A stretch of 64,000 nucleotides of DNA. Source: Eledone cirrhosa (Eukaryota). The translations under genes were made by a program, and so were the position numbers. The stretch's first letter is position 1. Every line of letters starts with the position of its first letter. The notes beneath the pieces are model-generated. The model did no database searches. It was not told where the DNA came from and saw only the letters and a list, made by a program, of their open reading frames with translations. Of the stretch, positions 1 to 12,963 are shown piece after piece. The stretch spans positions 181,908,001 to 181,972,000 of the forward strand of contig OZ024741.1 of assembly GCA_964016885.1 (NCBI GenBank), in the 5' to 3' direction.

Positions 1-79
1 GTTCTTATATATTTGATATATATTTATCCTTATCGAGCCCTCTTTGGATTTTAGTCTTCAAATTTATTATTATTACTAC

Positions 80-131
<52 letters not shown>

Positions 132-134
<3 letters not shown>

Positions 135-693
135 TTTCTGAATTTGTTTAGCAAGATTCTTTATCTGAAATCGTGTGTTGAAACCGATATTGTTATACTT
201 TGGGAGGGTCATGTTGCCAATAAGAAACACACGCACCAGTTGCTTTCACTTCAATTTAATTTATTAAATATTTATAAATTTACAAATTTATAAATTTCTG
301 GTTGGTTGGTTGGTTCCACAACCAGATAGTTGTTTATATATATATAGTCATAGTTCTTTCGTCACACACTCTGTGACCTCTTCAGTGACTGGGGATTTCG
401 TTCTTCGTTTCTGTGTCTTTCCTTTCTTCTATCCTACGCCAGAAAATGGCGTAGGATAGAAGAAAGGAAAGACACAGAAACGAAGAACGAAATCCCCAGT
501 CACTGAAGAGGTCACAGAGTGTGTGACGAAAGAACTATGACTATATATATATAAACAACTATCTGGTTGTGGAACCAACCAACCAACCAGAAATTTATAA
601 ATTTGTAAATTTATAAATATTTAATAAATTAAATTGAAGTGAAAGCAACTGGTGCGTGTGTTTCTTATTGGCAACATGACCCTCCCAAAGTAT

Positions 694-701
<8 letters not shown>
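132..701. mobile_element. Fold-back PLE pseudo-LTR insertion, family A (255-bp arms 187-441 and 447-701, GAAAA loop, unpaired tail 132-186)
   Basis: Arms are reverse complements; flanked by (TA)n; same sequence family borders the GIY-YIG-coding copy at 40520-42459. Confidence 0.9.
498..542 (+). ncRNA. Minimal type-I hammerhead ribozyme (mirror copy 346-390, minus)
   Basis: AGTCA-CTGAAGA-G-GTCAC(AGAGTGT)GTGAC-GAAA-GAAC-TA-TGACT: stem I AGTCA/TGACT, core CUGANGA/GAAA, CUA triplet. Confidence 0.8.
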
Positions 702-779
<78 letters not shown>

Positions 780-894
780 ATATACATATATAAAGACAAT
801 GTACTAAATCGTATTTTGGGGTTTTAAGGGTCTTCATCCCATTTCATAAACTATTTTTATATCAGATCTGCGCTTGAACACATCATCCTTTATA

Positions 895-955
<61 letters not shown>

Positions 956-1055
956 AACATGAGAAGAAAGTGAATACTGCGTGGTTGCACATGGGTAACA
1001 TTTTATAAAATTAGTCCCTCGTCAGTGATTTGATGGTAAGCGGGGTGGGGTATGT

Positions 1056-1135
<80 letters not shown>

Positions 1136-1149
1136 AGTGCTCATGATCC

Positions 1150-1447
1150 TTTTCTGAGCAGCAAAGACTGGAGGAGAGAAGAGAAGATATTCTCAAATGC
1201 GAGACCTGGCCCCAAACATTGCAATAAACCAAACCCCACTAAAGTGCCAGGTGGTGGAGTTGAGCTACGTAACGGATTAAGCATACAACTTGAATGGGCT
1301 ACGACGCGATTCCAGAAAGAATTGGAACAAATACCAGGAATCATCCAGTCTGCTGCTCTGAAGATTCCGTCAGTTCACCTCACAGTAATGGTATTTTATT
1401 TTACCAAGGCCGGAATAATGAAAGAAGTATTGAGACACAGAAAATAA
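1150..1447 (+). mobile_element. Decayed restriction-like endonuclease C-terminus of an R4/Dong-like non-LTR element
   Basis: Frameshifted peptides SQMRDLAPNIA and FQKELEQIPGIIQSAAL resemble the RLE tail KYxDLAxEI...LxxIPG...IQKxAL. Confidence 0.4.
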
Positions 1448-1654
1448 AGAAACTGAATACATATCACAAATATATTTCATCTGACGTTCTATCGCTTCTG
1501 GCAATTCGCTGCGTTGAGTGTATTGTATGGATCCGTCAGTGACTTGCGTATTTTAAACCTGGCAGAACCCATCTTCTTTAGGTCTGAGCACAACCAATTT
1601 CTTCATTAGAAGGAGAGAAAGTAAGTGAGAAAGAGATATAGAGGAATAATCATA

Positions 1655-1770
1655 TTGCTCTGGTAATTTATTGATCTCGAAAGAGTGAAAGGCAACGTTG
1701 GCTTCGGTGGGATTTGAACTCAGAGCGAGGGCACCGAGAAAGAATACCACAAAGCATTCTATCCGACGTT
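1655..1770 (-). mobile_element. tRNA-derived SINE fragment
   Basis: GAGTTCAAATCC B-box and GCCTTTCA core on minus strand; homologous to 41567-41746. Confidence 0.65.
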
Positions 1771-2540
1771 TCATCTAATTCCCTATGGTATATCAATAAT
1801 TATAGGTCAAATATCAAAAGTTTTACAAGCATATTGTGTTTGTTTATTTATTCATCTATTTATTTGTTCAAGCAACATTTCCAATAGGACACCATTTCAA
1901 CTAGTTCAAACAATTCTGAAATAATTTGATCAACATTGAATAGTCAGCAATTTCTTTTGTCTAGGAGCAAATTAACAATTTTTCTTCACCTGATAGCAAG
2001 TCAACGAGAGAGAGTTTCTGTTTTTTTTTAAAGCTCTTACACTGGAAAAAAAAAAAGAAAAAGAAAGAAAGACAAGCATTGTGAATAAACAACTTCATTA
2101 AGTTTTTTGATTTGAATATAAAACACAATAAAGTCAATGATCAATATTAAGAAAAATAAAGTCATGTTTTATAAAATGTAACAAATGAAATATTAAATTT
2201 GACGATTTTTAAGATGTTGCATTTCTATATTAATAACAAAAGAGTTTTCGCGAATCTATAGCAATTTTCTTGAGAACTTTGGAGTAACATTAAAATTCTT
2301 TCAATACTGTTGCTCAATTACAATATCGCTGTCATTATTTCAACTGTATATATTCGATTTATTTCGATCTCTGTCTCTTCATATATAACAAAGAAACAAA
2401 AAGCTTTGTATTTTACGACAATAAAATGATGCTACATATTGTACGTTTTCCAATAAATGTTATACATATATATGGAATTATGTGTGTGCGTGCAGATAAA
2501 CACACACACACAGAGGAATGCCCATATATATATATATATA

Positions 2541-2930
2541 TATAAATGTGTGTATATGTATAATAAAGCCAAAACAATGCAGGTATGGACATAGAATAAA
2601 GAATGCAAATGAAAAAGATATTGTTGAGAATTAGTCTTTTATTTTAGATTTATTTAAATGTCCTTAATTTTCGAGATAATATCTCTTCTTCGGAGGGCAG
2701 TAAAGCGGTTAAACCAGTGTTCTAAATAGCTTGCCCTCCGAAGAAGAGATATTATCTCGAAAATTAAAGACATTTAAATAAATCTAAGGTAAAAGACTAA
2801 TTGTCAACAATATCTTTTGCATTTGCATTCTTTATTCTATGTCCATGCCTGCATTGTTTTGGCTTTATTATACATATACAAACGTTTATACCTCATTACA
2901 CAATGCTTCAAGTGAACTATAACCTCCTCC

Positions 2931-2932
<2 letters not shown>
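2541..2932. mobile_element. Fold-back pLTR insertion, family B (arms ~2541-2699 and ~2732-2890, tail to ~2932) with HHR-like motif
   Basis: Inverted arms with several mismatches; CCT-CCGAAGA-AGAGATATTATCTC-GAAA motif; (TA)n flanks. Confidence 0.8.
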
Positions 2933-3010
<78 letters not shown>

Positions 3011-3026
3011 AGTATGTATATGTAGC

Positions 3027-3286
3027 AGTAATTCCACAACAGTTAGTTCACTATAGTAAGAACAAATGTTTCACCTTATGCGGATCATCAGCTCGGTTTG
3101 AGTGAAGTTGTACGGAAAAGGAAAAACAACCGTACAACTTCACTCAGACCGAGCTGATTATCCGCATAAGGTGAAACATTAGTTCTCGGTATAGTGAACT
3201 AACTGTTGTGGAACTACTTCTACCAAACTCGTGCCATGGATTTAGTGCTCGACTACTACGGATATAACGCTCCAGTGTTCTACTAT
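3027..3286. mobile_element. Fold-back pLTR insertion, family C short form (arms 3027-3115 and 3130-3218, tail to ~3286)
   Basis: Inverted arms; CTGATGA...GAAA hammerhead core; homologous to the ends of the coding copy 30722-31700. Confidence 0.85.
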
Positions 3287-3400
3287 TATATATATTCAAT
3301 AAATATTTCTTCTGATGAATGAAGACAGACATATCTATCTGTCTTCAAGAAACCACTGGTAAATGAAAAAATAATTATCTTATGTTGTTTATTACATAAC

Positions 3401-3431
<31 letters not shown>

Positions 3432-3443
3432 ATATATATATAT

Positions 3444-3519
<76 letters not shown>

Positions 3520-3628
3520 GAGATAAGTGGAGCAAGAAAGATTCAAACAAATTTTTAAAATAAATAAAAAAATATAATTTAATTTATTTAAAAAATTATA
3601 TATATATATATATATAAATATATTTATG

Positions 3629-5297
<1,669 letters not shown>

Positions 5298-5399
5298 CAA
5301 GATGTATGGTAGGTCGTATGTGAATCGCGATGATCACGTCTGACCTACCAAATATGCGACGGTAGCTAGTTAAGCTCTATGCGTATAAGCAGAGCAGAA

Positions 5400-5592
5400 A
5401 TATTAATGAAAAGGAACTATTATGACATTATAACAAGTTTATTGCCGACAGCCGTTTCGTCCGAACATATGAACTTACAATCACATGTTATATGGTTATA
5501 TGCCTTGAAAAGTCCCACCATATGGTCCCGACGAAACGGCAATAAACTTGTTATAATGTCATAATAGTTCCTTTGTTCTTTTTCATTAATAT
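5400..5592. mobile_element. Fold-back pLTR insertion, family D, with U3:A8-variant hammerhead
   Basis: Arms ~5400-5461 and ~5530-5592; TGCC-TTGAAAA-GTC...GAC-GAAA; stem III/GTC/GGCA part preserved in the left arm. Confidence 0.7.
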
Positions 5593-5604
5593 ATATATAT
5601 ATAT

Positions 5605-6121
<517 letters not shown>

Positions 6122-6337
6122 TAAACGGAATAGAAAATGCTGACAAATTGTTCACATTTGAAAAATGGTTTAATTAGGAATAAAAGAGTATTAGTGATTG
6201 TATGGGTTAGTATTCAGTTGTGGTTTTAAGTTTTTAAGTTTTTACCGGTTGCGCATTTCTAAATGCTTTTCAAAAATAATTTTGAGATAGAGTGTCCGTG
6301 TTGTTTGCTCTGATCTGATTAGTTTTGGGAATTCTAC

Positions 6338-6565
6338 CTGTTTTTATGTTAAAAAAGTGGCTCCAGCGTTATTTTTGTGTTGCAAAAATGCTTGTGGTCA
6401 AAACAATTTTGATTGGTCGGTAGAGGTCATGTGAATGTAAAAAGTTGATTTTGCGCCAAGACTGTTTTTATGTTAAAAAAGTGGCTCCAGCAAAAATTCT
6501 TGGTCAAAACAATTTTGATTGGTCGGTAGAGGTCATGTGGATAAAAAATTGGTTTTGCGCCAAGA
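6338..6565. repeat. Two-unit imperfect tandem repeat (~110-125 bp)
   Basis: CTGTTTTTATGTTAAAAAAGTGGCTCCAGC...TTTTGCGCCAAGA occurs twice. Confidence 0.7.
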
Positions 6566-6590
6566 TTGAGAAATGACTCTTTCACAACAA

Positions 6591-6664
<74 letters not shown>

Positions 6665-6824
6665 AGTAGTAGTAAGGTGTTCGATGCTGCGACAATGGCC
6701 AGCAGCGATGTGTGTCAAATGGCTATTAAGATAAGTGTGTGTGTGTGTGTGTGTGTGTATAGCAGAGTCATTCGAAGGTCAAAAGATATTTTTCAGCTTT
6801 TGTCTTATACGGAGAAGTGCGCGC

Positions 6825-6895
<71 letters not shown>

Positions 6896-6937
6896 AGTCT
6901 CTTTGTATGTTGATGTACGCGTGTGTATGTGTTTGTG

Positions 6938-6974
<37 letters not shown>

Positions 6975-7291
6975 ACCAGTATTTTTTTCCCCCTGGTAAA
7001 ATGGTGTACATTATTCGATTTTTTCAGTAAAATCGGTTCTCTTAATAGAACATCAAAAATCTTAACAATAAAAGGTGTGAAATGATATTCACTATATATA
7101 TATACACACATACATATATCCCCTACATATATATATATATATACATATATACATACATATATATGCTCACATATTTCTTTGTATTGCACCATAGAGCATG
7201 TGTGTTTACGTGTGTCATTGTGTTTATATGTGGGTAGAGATGTGTCCTGATGTAGGTATGTATGTTGACGTGTGTATGTTGTGGGTTCGTC

Positions 7292-9550
7292 TTAGGGAGA
7301 AGTGTTTAGACGGGGTCCGTATTTGTTAATGAAGTAAGATTCCTTGCTGATGCGCTGGGTGTGGGTGGCATTATCTTTAAATTTGTAGAGGGGAAAGATT
7401 CTGAAGTTGAGATGATTTTGGGCGGCACAGGTATCAATGTGTTCACTCAGTGGTATTTTCCTGTATTCCCGTATTTTAATTTGGGATCTATGGACAGTCA
7501 TGCGTTGGCGGAGGCTGTTTTTGGTCTGGCCTATGTATTGTTCTCGACAACCTGAACAAGTTAATACATATATTAGATTTTCCGATGCACATGTGAAATT
7601 GTGTTTTACTATAAAACGTTGTCCATCTTTGAAATAGAATTCCGAACCCTCTATTAGGTTGATGCAAATGCCACAGTTGGGTCTATCGCATTTTTTTACT
7701 GTGGGTTTCGTTGTTGTGGTTGGCAGTACTTTGGCATGTGTTAAGATGTTTTTCATTGACTTGGATTGTCTTTTGCTCTTTATGATATCGTGTGTTCGTA
7801 GAATTTGGTTCATTCTATGGTCCTTTTTCAATACAGGGATGTTCTGGAGGATCGTGTCAAAGGCCTCATTGTTGAGGGCGTTGTGTGTGGAGATGTATGG
7901 AAGAGCTTTTAGTTTTAGTTGATTTACTTTAGGGTGTCTAAGGTCCTGGGTACTGAGTTTTAGGGCACGTTGGATTCCATTGTCAATTAGTGATGCAGGG
8001 TAGTCCCTGCCTATGAGTGTGTCCTTTAGTTCTTGTAGCCGTAAGTAGCAGATGTTTTTATTGGAGACTATAGTACAGATTCTCTTGGCTAAATTGTAGG
8101 GAATATTAATTTTAACGTGTCTAGGGTGGCAAGAGTTGAAGGGGAGATATTGCTTGGAGTCTGTGGGCTTGTAGTATATGTCTGTTTCTATTTTTTTGTT
8201 ATGGATCTTAATGAGGATGTCGAGGAAGGGGAGTTGTTGATGGCTGTATTCCATCGTGAAGTTAATATTTGTGTTGAGCCCATTTATAAGGGTGTGAAAT
8301 TCTTTAAGTTTTTCGATGTTTTCGTGCCAAAGGATGAAGCAGTCATCTAGATATCGCTTCCAGTTCCTTTCAATGTGTAAGTGGAGGGTGTTTCCAAATT
8401 TGTTTAGGACTTTAGTGTAGAGGGTGATTTCCAGGTATCCCATGACTAGGTTGGCATAAGTAGGGGCAGTTTTCGTTCCCATAGCGGTCCCAGATTTCTG
8501 CCTGTAGGGTTTGTTGTTGAAAACGAAGTAATTGTTCTCCAAGATAAATTTGAGTCCCTCTATCACGAATTCTTTTTTGATGCGTTGTGGGAGTTCATTG
8601 TGGAAATTATCCAGCCAGAATTGGATAGCTTCTATTCCTAGGTTGTGGGGGATGTTGGAGTATAGGTTGACTACATCGAACGTCACTAGTAGGGTTTGTT
8701 CAGAAAGTGGTATATTAGGGAGGTGATTGAGCATATCTAGGTCGTCCCTTATATAGCTTTTGATGTGCTTGAGGAAGGGTTTGAGAAGGGTATCAATAAA
8801 GTTGCTAAGACGGTGCGTTTCGCAAGCGGGGCCTGCTATTATAGGTCTTAATTTGAGATCATTGGGTGAGGGGACATTGATGACTATGTCTGTGGCTTCC
8901 TTGCATGCCTTACTGATTGATTCGCTTTTATGTACTTTAGGGATACCGTAGAAAAGGCTGGATTTACTTGTGAAGTCTGTGATGAAGCTGAATTCCTTGT
9001 TAGTGAGTCCTTCTTTGTATTGGTTGATTAGAGTTTTTAGGTTTCTCATAATTTTCTGTTGATTGTAGTGTTCAGCCTTTTCGTAGTATGTTTCGTTTTC
9101 CAAAGTGGAGGGCGCTAAGTTAATATAGAATTCTGTCTCCATTAGGACTACTGTACTCCCTTCATCAGCCTCTTTAATTGTAATGGTTCTGTCGGTTTTT
9201 AATCTATTTAATTCTTCCCATTCTTTCTTGTTGAGGTTTGGCTTGTGTTTTTGTCTGTGCAAGTGTTGGTAAGGGAAGTTTGTGATGTGTTCACAGAATT
9301 CGTCCAGGATTTTATTTCTACCTTTTGAAGGGGTGTAATTGCTTCTATTTCTGGCTAATGATTCATCCTCATTGTACTGGTCGAATAGTTGTTCACTAAG
9401 TCGTAACTTTCTACAGAAGTCTGTGATGTCTTCCTTCATTTCATAGTAGTTAGGACGTAGTGGGGTCGGTGTGAATTTAAGACCTTTGGAGAGTAAGTTG
9501 ATAAGGTTGGGTGTTGGTTCTGCACTAGTAAGATTGATAATTTTTATCAT
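7292..9550 (-). CDS. Penelope-like element (Neptune-type) reverse transcriptase + C-terminal GIY-YIG endonuclease, 752 aa, uninterrupted
   Basis: RT motifs LRPII, FDVVNLYSNIP, GTAMG, RYLDD, LPFLD; linker CDRPNCGIC; EN NLIYVLTC...YIGQT...RMTVH...LSEH...KESYFI...LN. Confidence 0.95.
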   Translation of the reverse strand: MIKIINLTSAEPTPNLINLLSKGLKFTPTPLRPNYYEMKEDITDFCRKLRLSEQLFDQYNEDESLARNRSNYTPSKGRNKILDEFCEHITNFPYQHLHRQKHKPNLNKKEWEELNRLKTDRTITIKEADEGSTVVLMETEFYINLAPSTLENETYYEKAEHYNQQKIMRNLKTLINQYKEGLTNKEFSFITDFTSKSSLFYGIPKVHKSESISKACKEATDIVINVPSPNDLKLRPIIAGPACETHRLSNFIDTLLKPFLKHIKSYIRDDLDMLNHLPNIPLSEQTLLVTFDVVNLYSNIPHNLGIEAIQFWLDNFHNELPQRIKKEFVIEGLKFILENNYFVFNNKPYRQKSGTAMGTKTAPTYANLVMGYLEITLYTKVLNKFGNTLHLHIERNWKRYLDDCFILWHENIEKLKEFHTLINGLNTNINFTMEYSHQQLPFLDILIKIHNKKIETDIYYKPTDSKQYLPFNSCHPRHVKINIPYNLAKRICTIVSNKNICYLRLQELKDTLIGRDYPASLIDNGIQRALKLSTQDLRHPKVNQLKLKALPYISTHNALNNEAFDTILQNIPVLKKDHRMNQILRTHDIIKSKRQSKSMKNILTHAKVLPTTTTKPTVKKCDRPNCGICINLIEGSEFYFKDGQRFIVKHNFTCASENLIYVLTCSGCREQYIGQTKNSLRQRMTVHRSQIKIREYRKIPLSEHIDTCAAQNHLNFRIFPLYKFKDNATHTQRISKESYFINKYGPRLNTSP

Positions 9551-9575
9551 ATCGGTTTCTCCTCCCTGTCTTGTG

Positions 9576-10265
9576 TTATTTTGTTTGCCTGTATCTGTGT
9601 GCTGTGTCTAAAAAATGGTTGGGGTAGAGGGGTTGTCTGCTGATGTTAAGTGGTCTCCTGTGTTTGTTATATTCCTTGTTGTAAAATGTGGTTCGGGTTG
9701 GTGGTTGTAGATTGAATGGGGTGTTCCTGTACTGCGAGTATGGGTGTGTGTTTCTATGTGCCATGTTGTATTGTGGTGTTATAAGTGGCCTACGTTGTTG
9801 GTTGTATCGTGTGGTGTGGGTTTGTTGTGTATTGTGGAAGTGAGAGTTGAGAAAATGGTAATTACCTTGCTGTCCCCTTGAAGCGGGGAAGTTGTTGCAT
9901 CTATCATGGCGGTGGTATCTTTTCCCTATGTTTGACGATGAGGAATCCGCGTAGTAGTTGAGTGATTTGGTATGATGTCTCCTTGAAGGGGGAAAGTTGT
10001 AAATGTCATTCTGGGGGAGATGATTTCTTGGGTTTTTGTTCCTTCTTATGGTAGCGAGGTTGGGAAGTTCATCTTCGGTGTGGTGCTTCCTTTTTCGTTT
10101 GTTTGGGGCTTGGGGGTTTGAGAAGTTGTTGTGCGGTTCAGTTATGGGTTTTCCTATTTTTATGAACGGGTTATTGGAGGTGTAATCCGTTTGAAAAGTC
10201 GATTCATAGTGTAGGAACCAAGCGGCACTTTTTTCCCAGCGTTGAAGGGATTTCAGTTCTTCGGA
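9576..10265 (-). CDS. 5'-truncated upstream open frame (~230 codons, basic and N/H/R/P-rich) of the same PLE
   Basis: Hand translation is stop-free from the (TA) junction at ~10265 (SEELKSLQRWEKSAAWFLHY...) to TAA at 9576; includes KRKRK. Confidence 0.65.
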   Translation of the reverse strand, partial: SEELKSLQRWEKSAAWFLHYESTFQTDYTSNNPFIKIGKPITEPHNNFSNPQAPNKRKRKHHTEDELPNLATIRRNKNPRNHLPQNDIYNFPPSRRHHTKSLNYYADSSSSNIGKRYHRHDRCNNFPASRGQQGNYHFLNSHFHNTQQTHTTRYNQQRRPLITPQYNMAHRNTHPYSQYRNTPFNLQPPTRTTFYNKEYNKHRRPLNISRQPLYPNHFLDTAHRYRQTK

Positions 10266-10513
10266 TATATATCGGCATTCCTGTCTATCTCTCTGTCTGT
10301 CTATGTTTATCTATCCCATCTATCCTACATATCAATGTATCTAACAATTGATCTATTTGTGTGTTGGTGTGAAATTTAGCCGTAGGAATCTGTCATTATG
10401 GATTGTTGACTGTGACGTCATAAATACTTGGATCAAAGAAATGTTCAACGTAACACATTTACGGCTTTTATGACACCATATTTAAATTTAAATATTTAAA
10501 ACATTTATCTCTC

Positions 10514-10569
<56 letters not shown>

Positions 10570-10809
10570 GTGTTTGTCCAGCTGTGCTCATGAATTGAAA
10601 AGGAAAATAACATACACAAAACATATGTTACTGTTCTATATCCCAGCGGACATGTACTGCTAACATTTATTTTAGAATAAGAAGCAGTAATTTAAATTAA
10701 ATTGAATTGTGATTAATTTTCGATATTCATATAAAAAAAACAATCTGGCTAATTTGTTTTGATGCTCGTTCCCCAATCTATAGCGGAGAGAAAGAGTGAC
10801 TAAAAAAGA

Positions 10810-10863
<54 letters not shown>

Positions 10864-11744
10864 GGGGTGGGGGGGAAATATTTGAAAAGTTGAATTGATA
10901 ATTATAAATGACTGTGTTTAGTATAGTCGTGTGAGGGAAATTTGATTGACAAAAGCTGTGGAAACCTGTCGGAGGGATTGTATCTGTAATAAAAATGGCT
11001 AGCCTAGTCACATATTTATTCATATTGATTCGGTTCGGATATTAATACTCCATCTCTTACACGTTAATTCGTTAATTCGTTAGAAAGAAGCTCATGTGAT
11101 CAAACTGAATGCTCTTAACCATGTGTATGTATATCCGCATTTATGCTTGTTTTCTTTTTTATTTTAGTTGAAATCTATGTGTGTGTATTTTAAGATATAT
11201 GTGCATTTAAAAATTATTTACTGTTTTGATTGCTACATATTGTGCAAGTGAAATATTCTCAAATGCAATATATATTGACTTTGCCTAATTAAGGAATCCC
11301 TTTAATACAAGAAAATAGTTTTTACAAAAACAAATTTTCAAATTTGACAATAATCCTTGTGCCACATCGTTTGCCCAGTTATCTCAGCATATATGCTCTT
11401 AGTGTAAATATTTAGTTTACAGTTTTACAGAATTAAACTCGTACTTTCGATTTTCATATACTAAAACTAGTGACCGATTAAATTCTTAGTGAAAACACAA
11501 CTCTTTTGTCCGAACACAATCCCGCTAATTTATATAGTAAATGCATACTATTCGTGTTTTTTTTTACATATTTTTGCTAAAGAGAAATAAACGTTTTTTC
11601 TGAAAAGATTCGAAAGACGTACTTTGGTCATGTTTCGTTAAGTGATTATCTCAATGGTGTTTGCTTCTTTTAAAAATACTGCTTTATCTTAAGAAAACCA
11701 AACATGTAGCAAAGTAATTCAACTCTAAATAATTATTACTATGT

Positions 11745-12140
11745 TAGGCACACAGTCATCAAATGGGAGGAGGGGGAGTTAATTAAATCGACCCAGTACT
11801 CGAGTGGTACTTTATTTTATTGACCCTAGAGAATGAATGGCAAAGTTAACGTACACAGGATTTGTAAAGAGCCGAAATAAATGCCGCAAATTAACCAGTT
11901 GTAAGCCAACACTGTCGCAGTTCTGTGAATAATGATTTCTTATAGGTACAAGGCCAGGAATGTTGAGGAAAGGGAAATGTTGATTGCATTTACCTAGTAC
12001 TTGACTGGTACTTTGTTATCGATTTTGGAAGGATGAAATGAAAAGTTGATTTCGGTGGGATTTGCCCTCAAAAAGTAAAGAAACAGACGAAATACTTCAA
12101 CGCATTTTTACGACACTATTAATTCTGCCAATTCGCCATC
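11745..12140 (-). mobile_element. Two adjacent decayed tRNA-derived SINEs
   Basis: CTGGTACTTT...ATCGA...GGATGAAA core and B-box remnants, matching 41567-41746. Confidence 0.65.
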
Positions 12141-12489
12141 CTATTCCACCGTAAGTAACAACCACAGGACTAATGTGAATTTCTGATCACTGCTTTATCA
12201 TGCTTGCCATATATTTTAATCTTTGAATGCCGACCCACATCATGTTTTAAACACAACACTCTCTTGAAAACTATCCTATATTCATATATAATCTCCTCCT
12301 CCTGTCAAACAACTTAGGTTTGAAACATTAAATCTTTACCTCCTCAACGCATCCGAGGTTATTGGCACTTACAAATTCTTTTGGATGTTATCATACACTT
12401 ACCCTACCTTTCTACTCTATTGGTAATCATCACCGCTCTGCTATTGCAGATATTGATGCAATGTATCGGTTTTGGAATATAAATTTGAA

Positions 12490-12963
12490 CTATGACTTAA
12501 AGAGAAAATTGAAAAGCTGATTAAAAACGCAGACATTCGACTCTGAAAACTGTAAATAATTTGCTTTGTTGATGTTATATATGTGCACTTGGAATTGATT
12601 AGAATTAAAACTTTTATGAAGCGATTTTAATTCTGCCTTTCGTTCTTCCAGAATCGATAAAGCGAAGTCGCCCTTCATTATCGGGTTTACGCAATACCCC
12701 ATGCTCTCCCCAATTTCAGTTATTTTCTCAATACTTAAAATCAATGCTGCTATAAAACATCTTGAATGGTAATATTATTATTATAGAATGTACAATTCTT
12801 TTATTTTTAATTGATATTTCTTTCATTATCTATGTTATTGTTACTGCTTCTTGAATCTGGTGAACAGAATAGTAAATATTTTACTCAGGAAGAGGACGAG
12901 GGAGATGCGATGATAAAGCCATTTCACCTCGCGAGGCATGTCATTACGGATGGCTAGTTCCAT
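12490..12963 (-). CDS. Candidate two-exon host coding fragment (exon 12963-12885, intron 12884-12750, exon from 12749); hydrophobic N-terminal segment
   Basis: GTAAAA donor and TTTTATAG acceptor are phase-1 compatible and join two ORFs into MELAIRNDMPREVKWLYHRISLVLFLTALILSIEKITEIGESMGYCVNP... Confidence 0.4.

Noticed and set aside
132-701. Perfect palindromes as assembly or library chimeras
   Set aside because: Many have diverged arms, the same families recur with fixed outer endpoints and one-sided tails, and some enclose PLE coding DNA. Long-read confirmation is still advisable for the perfect ones.
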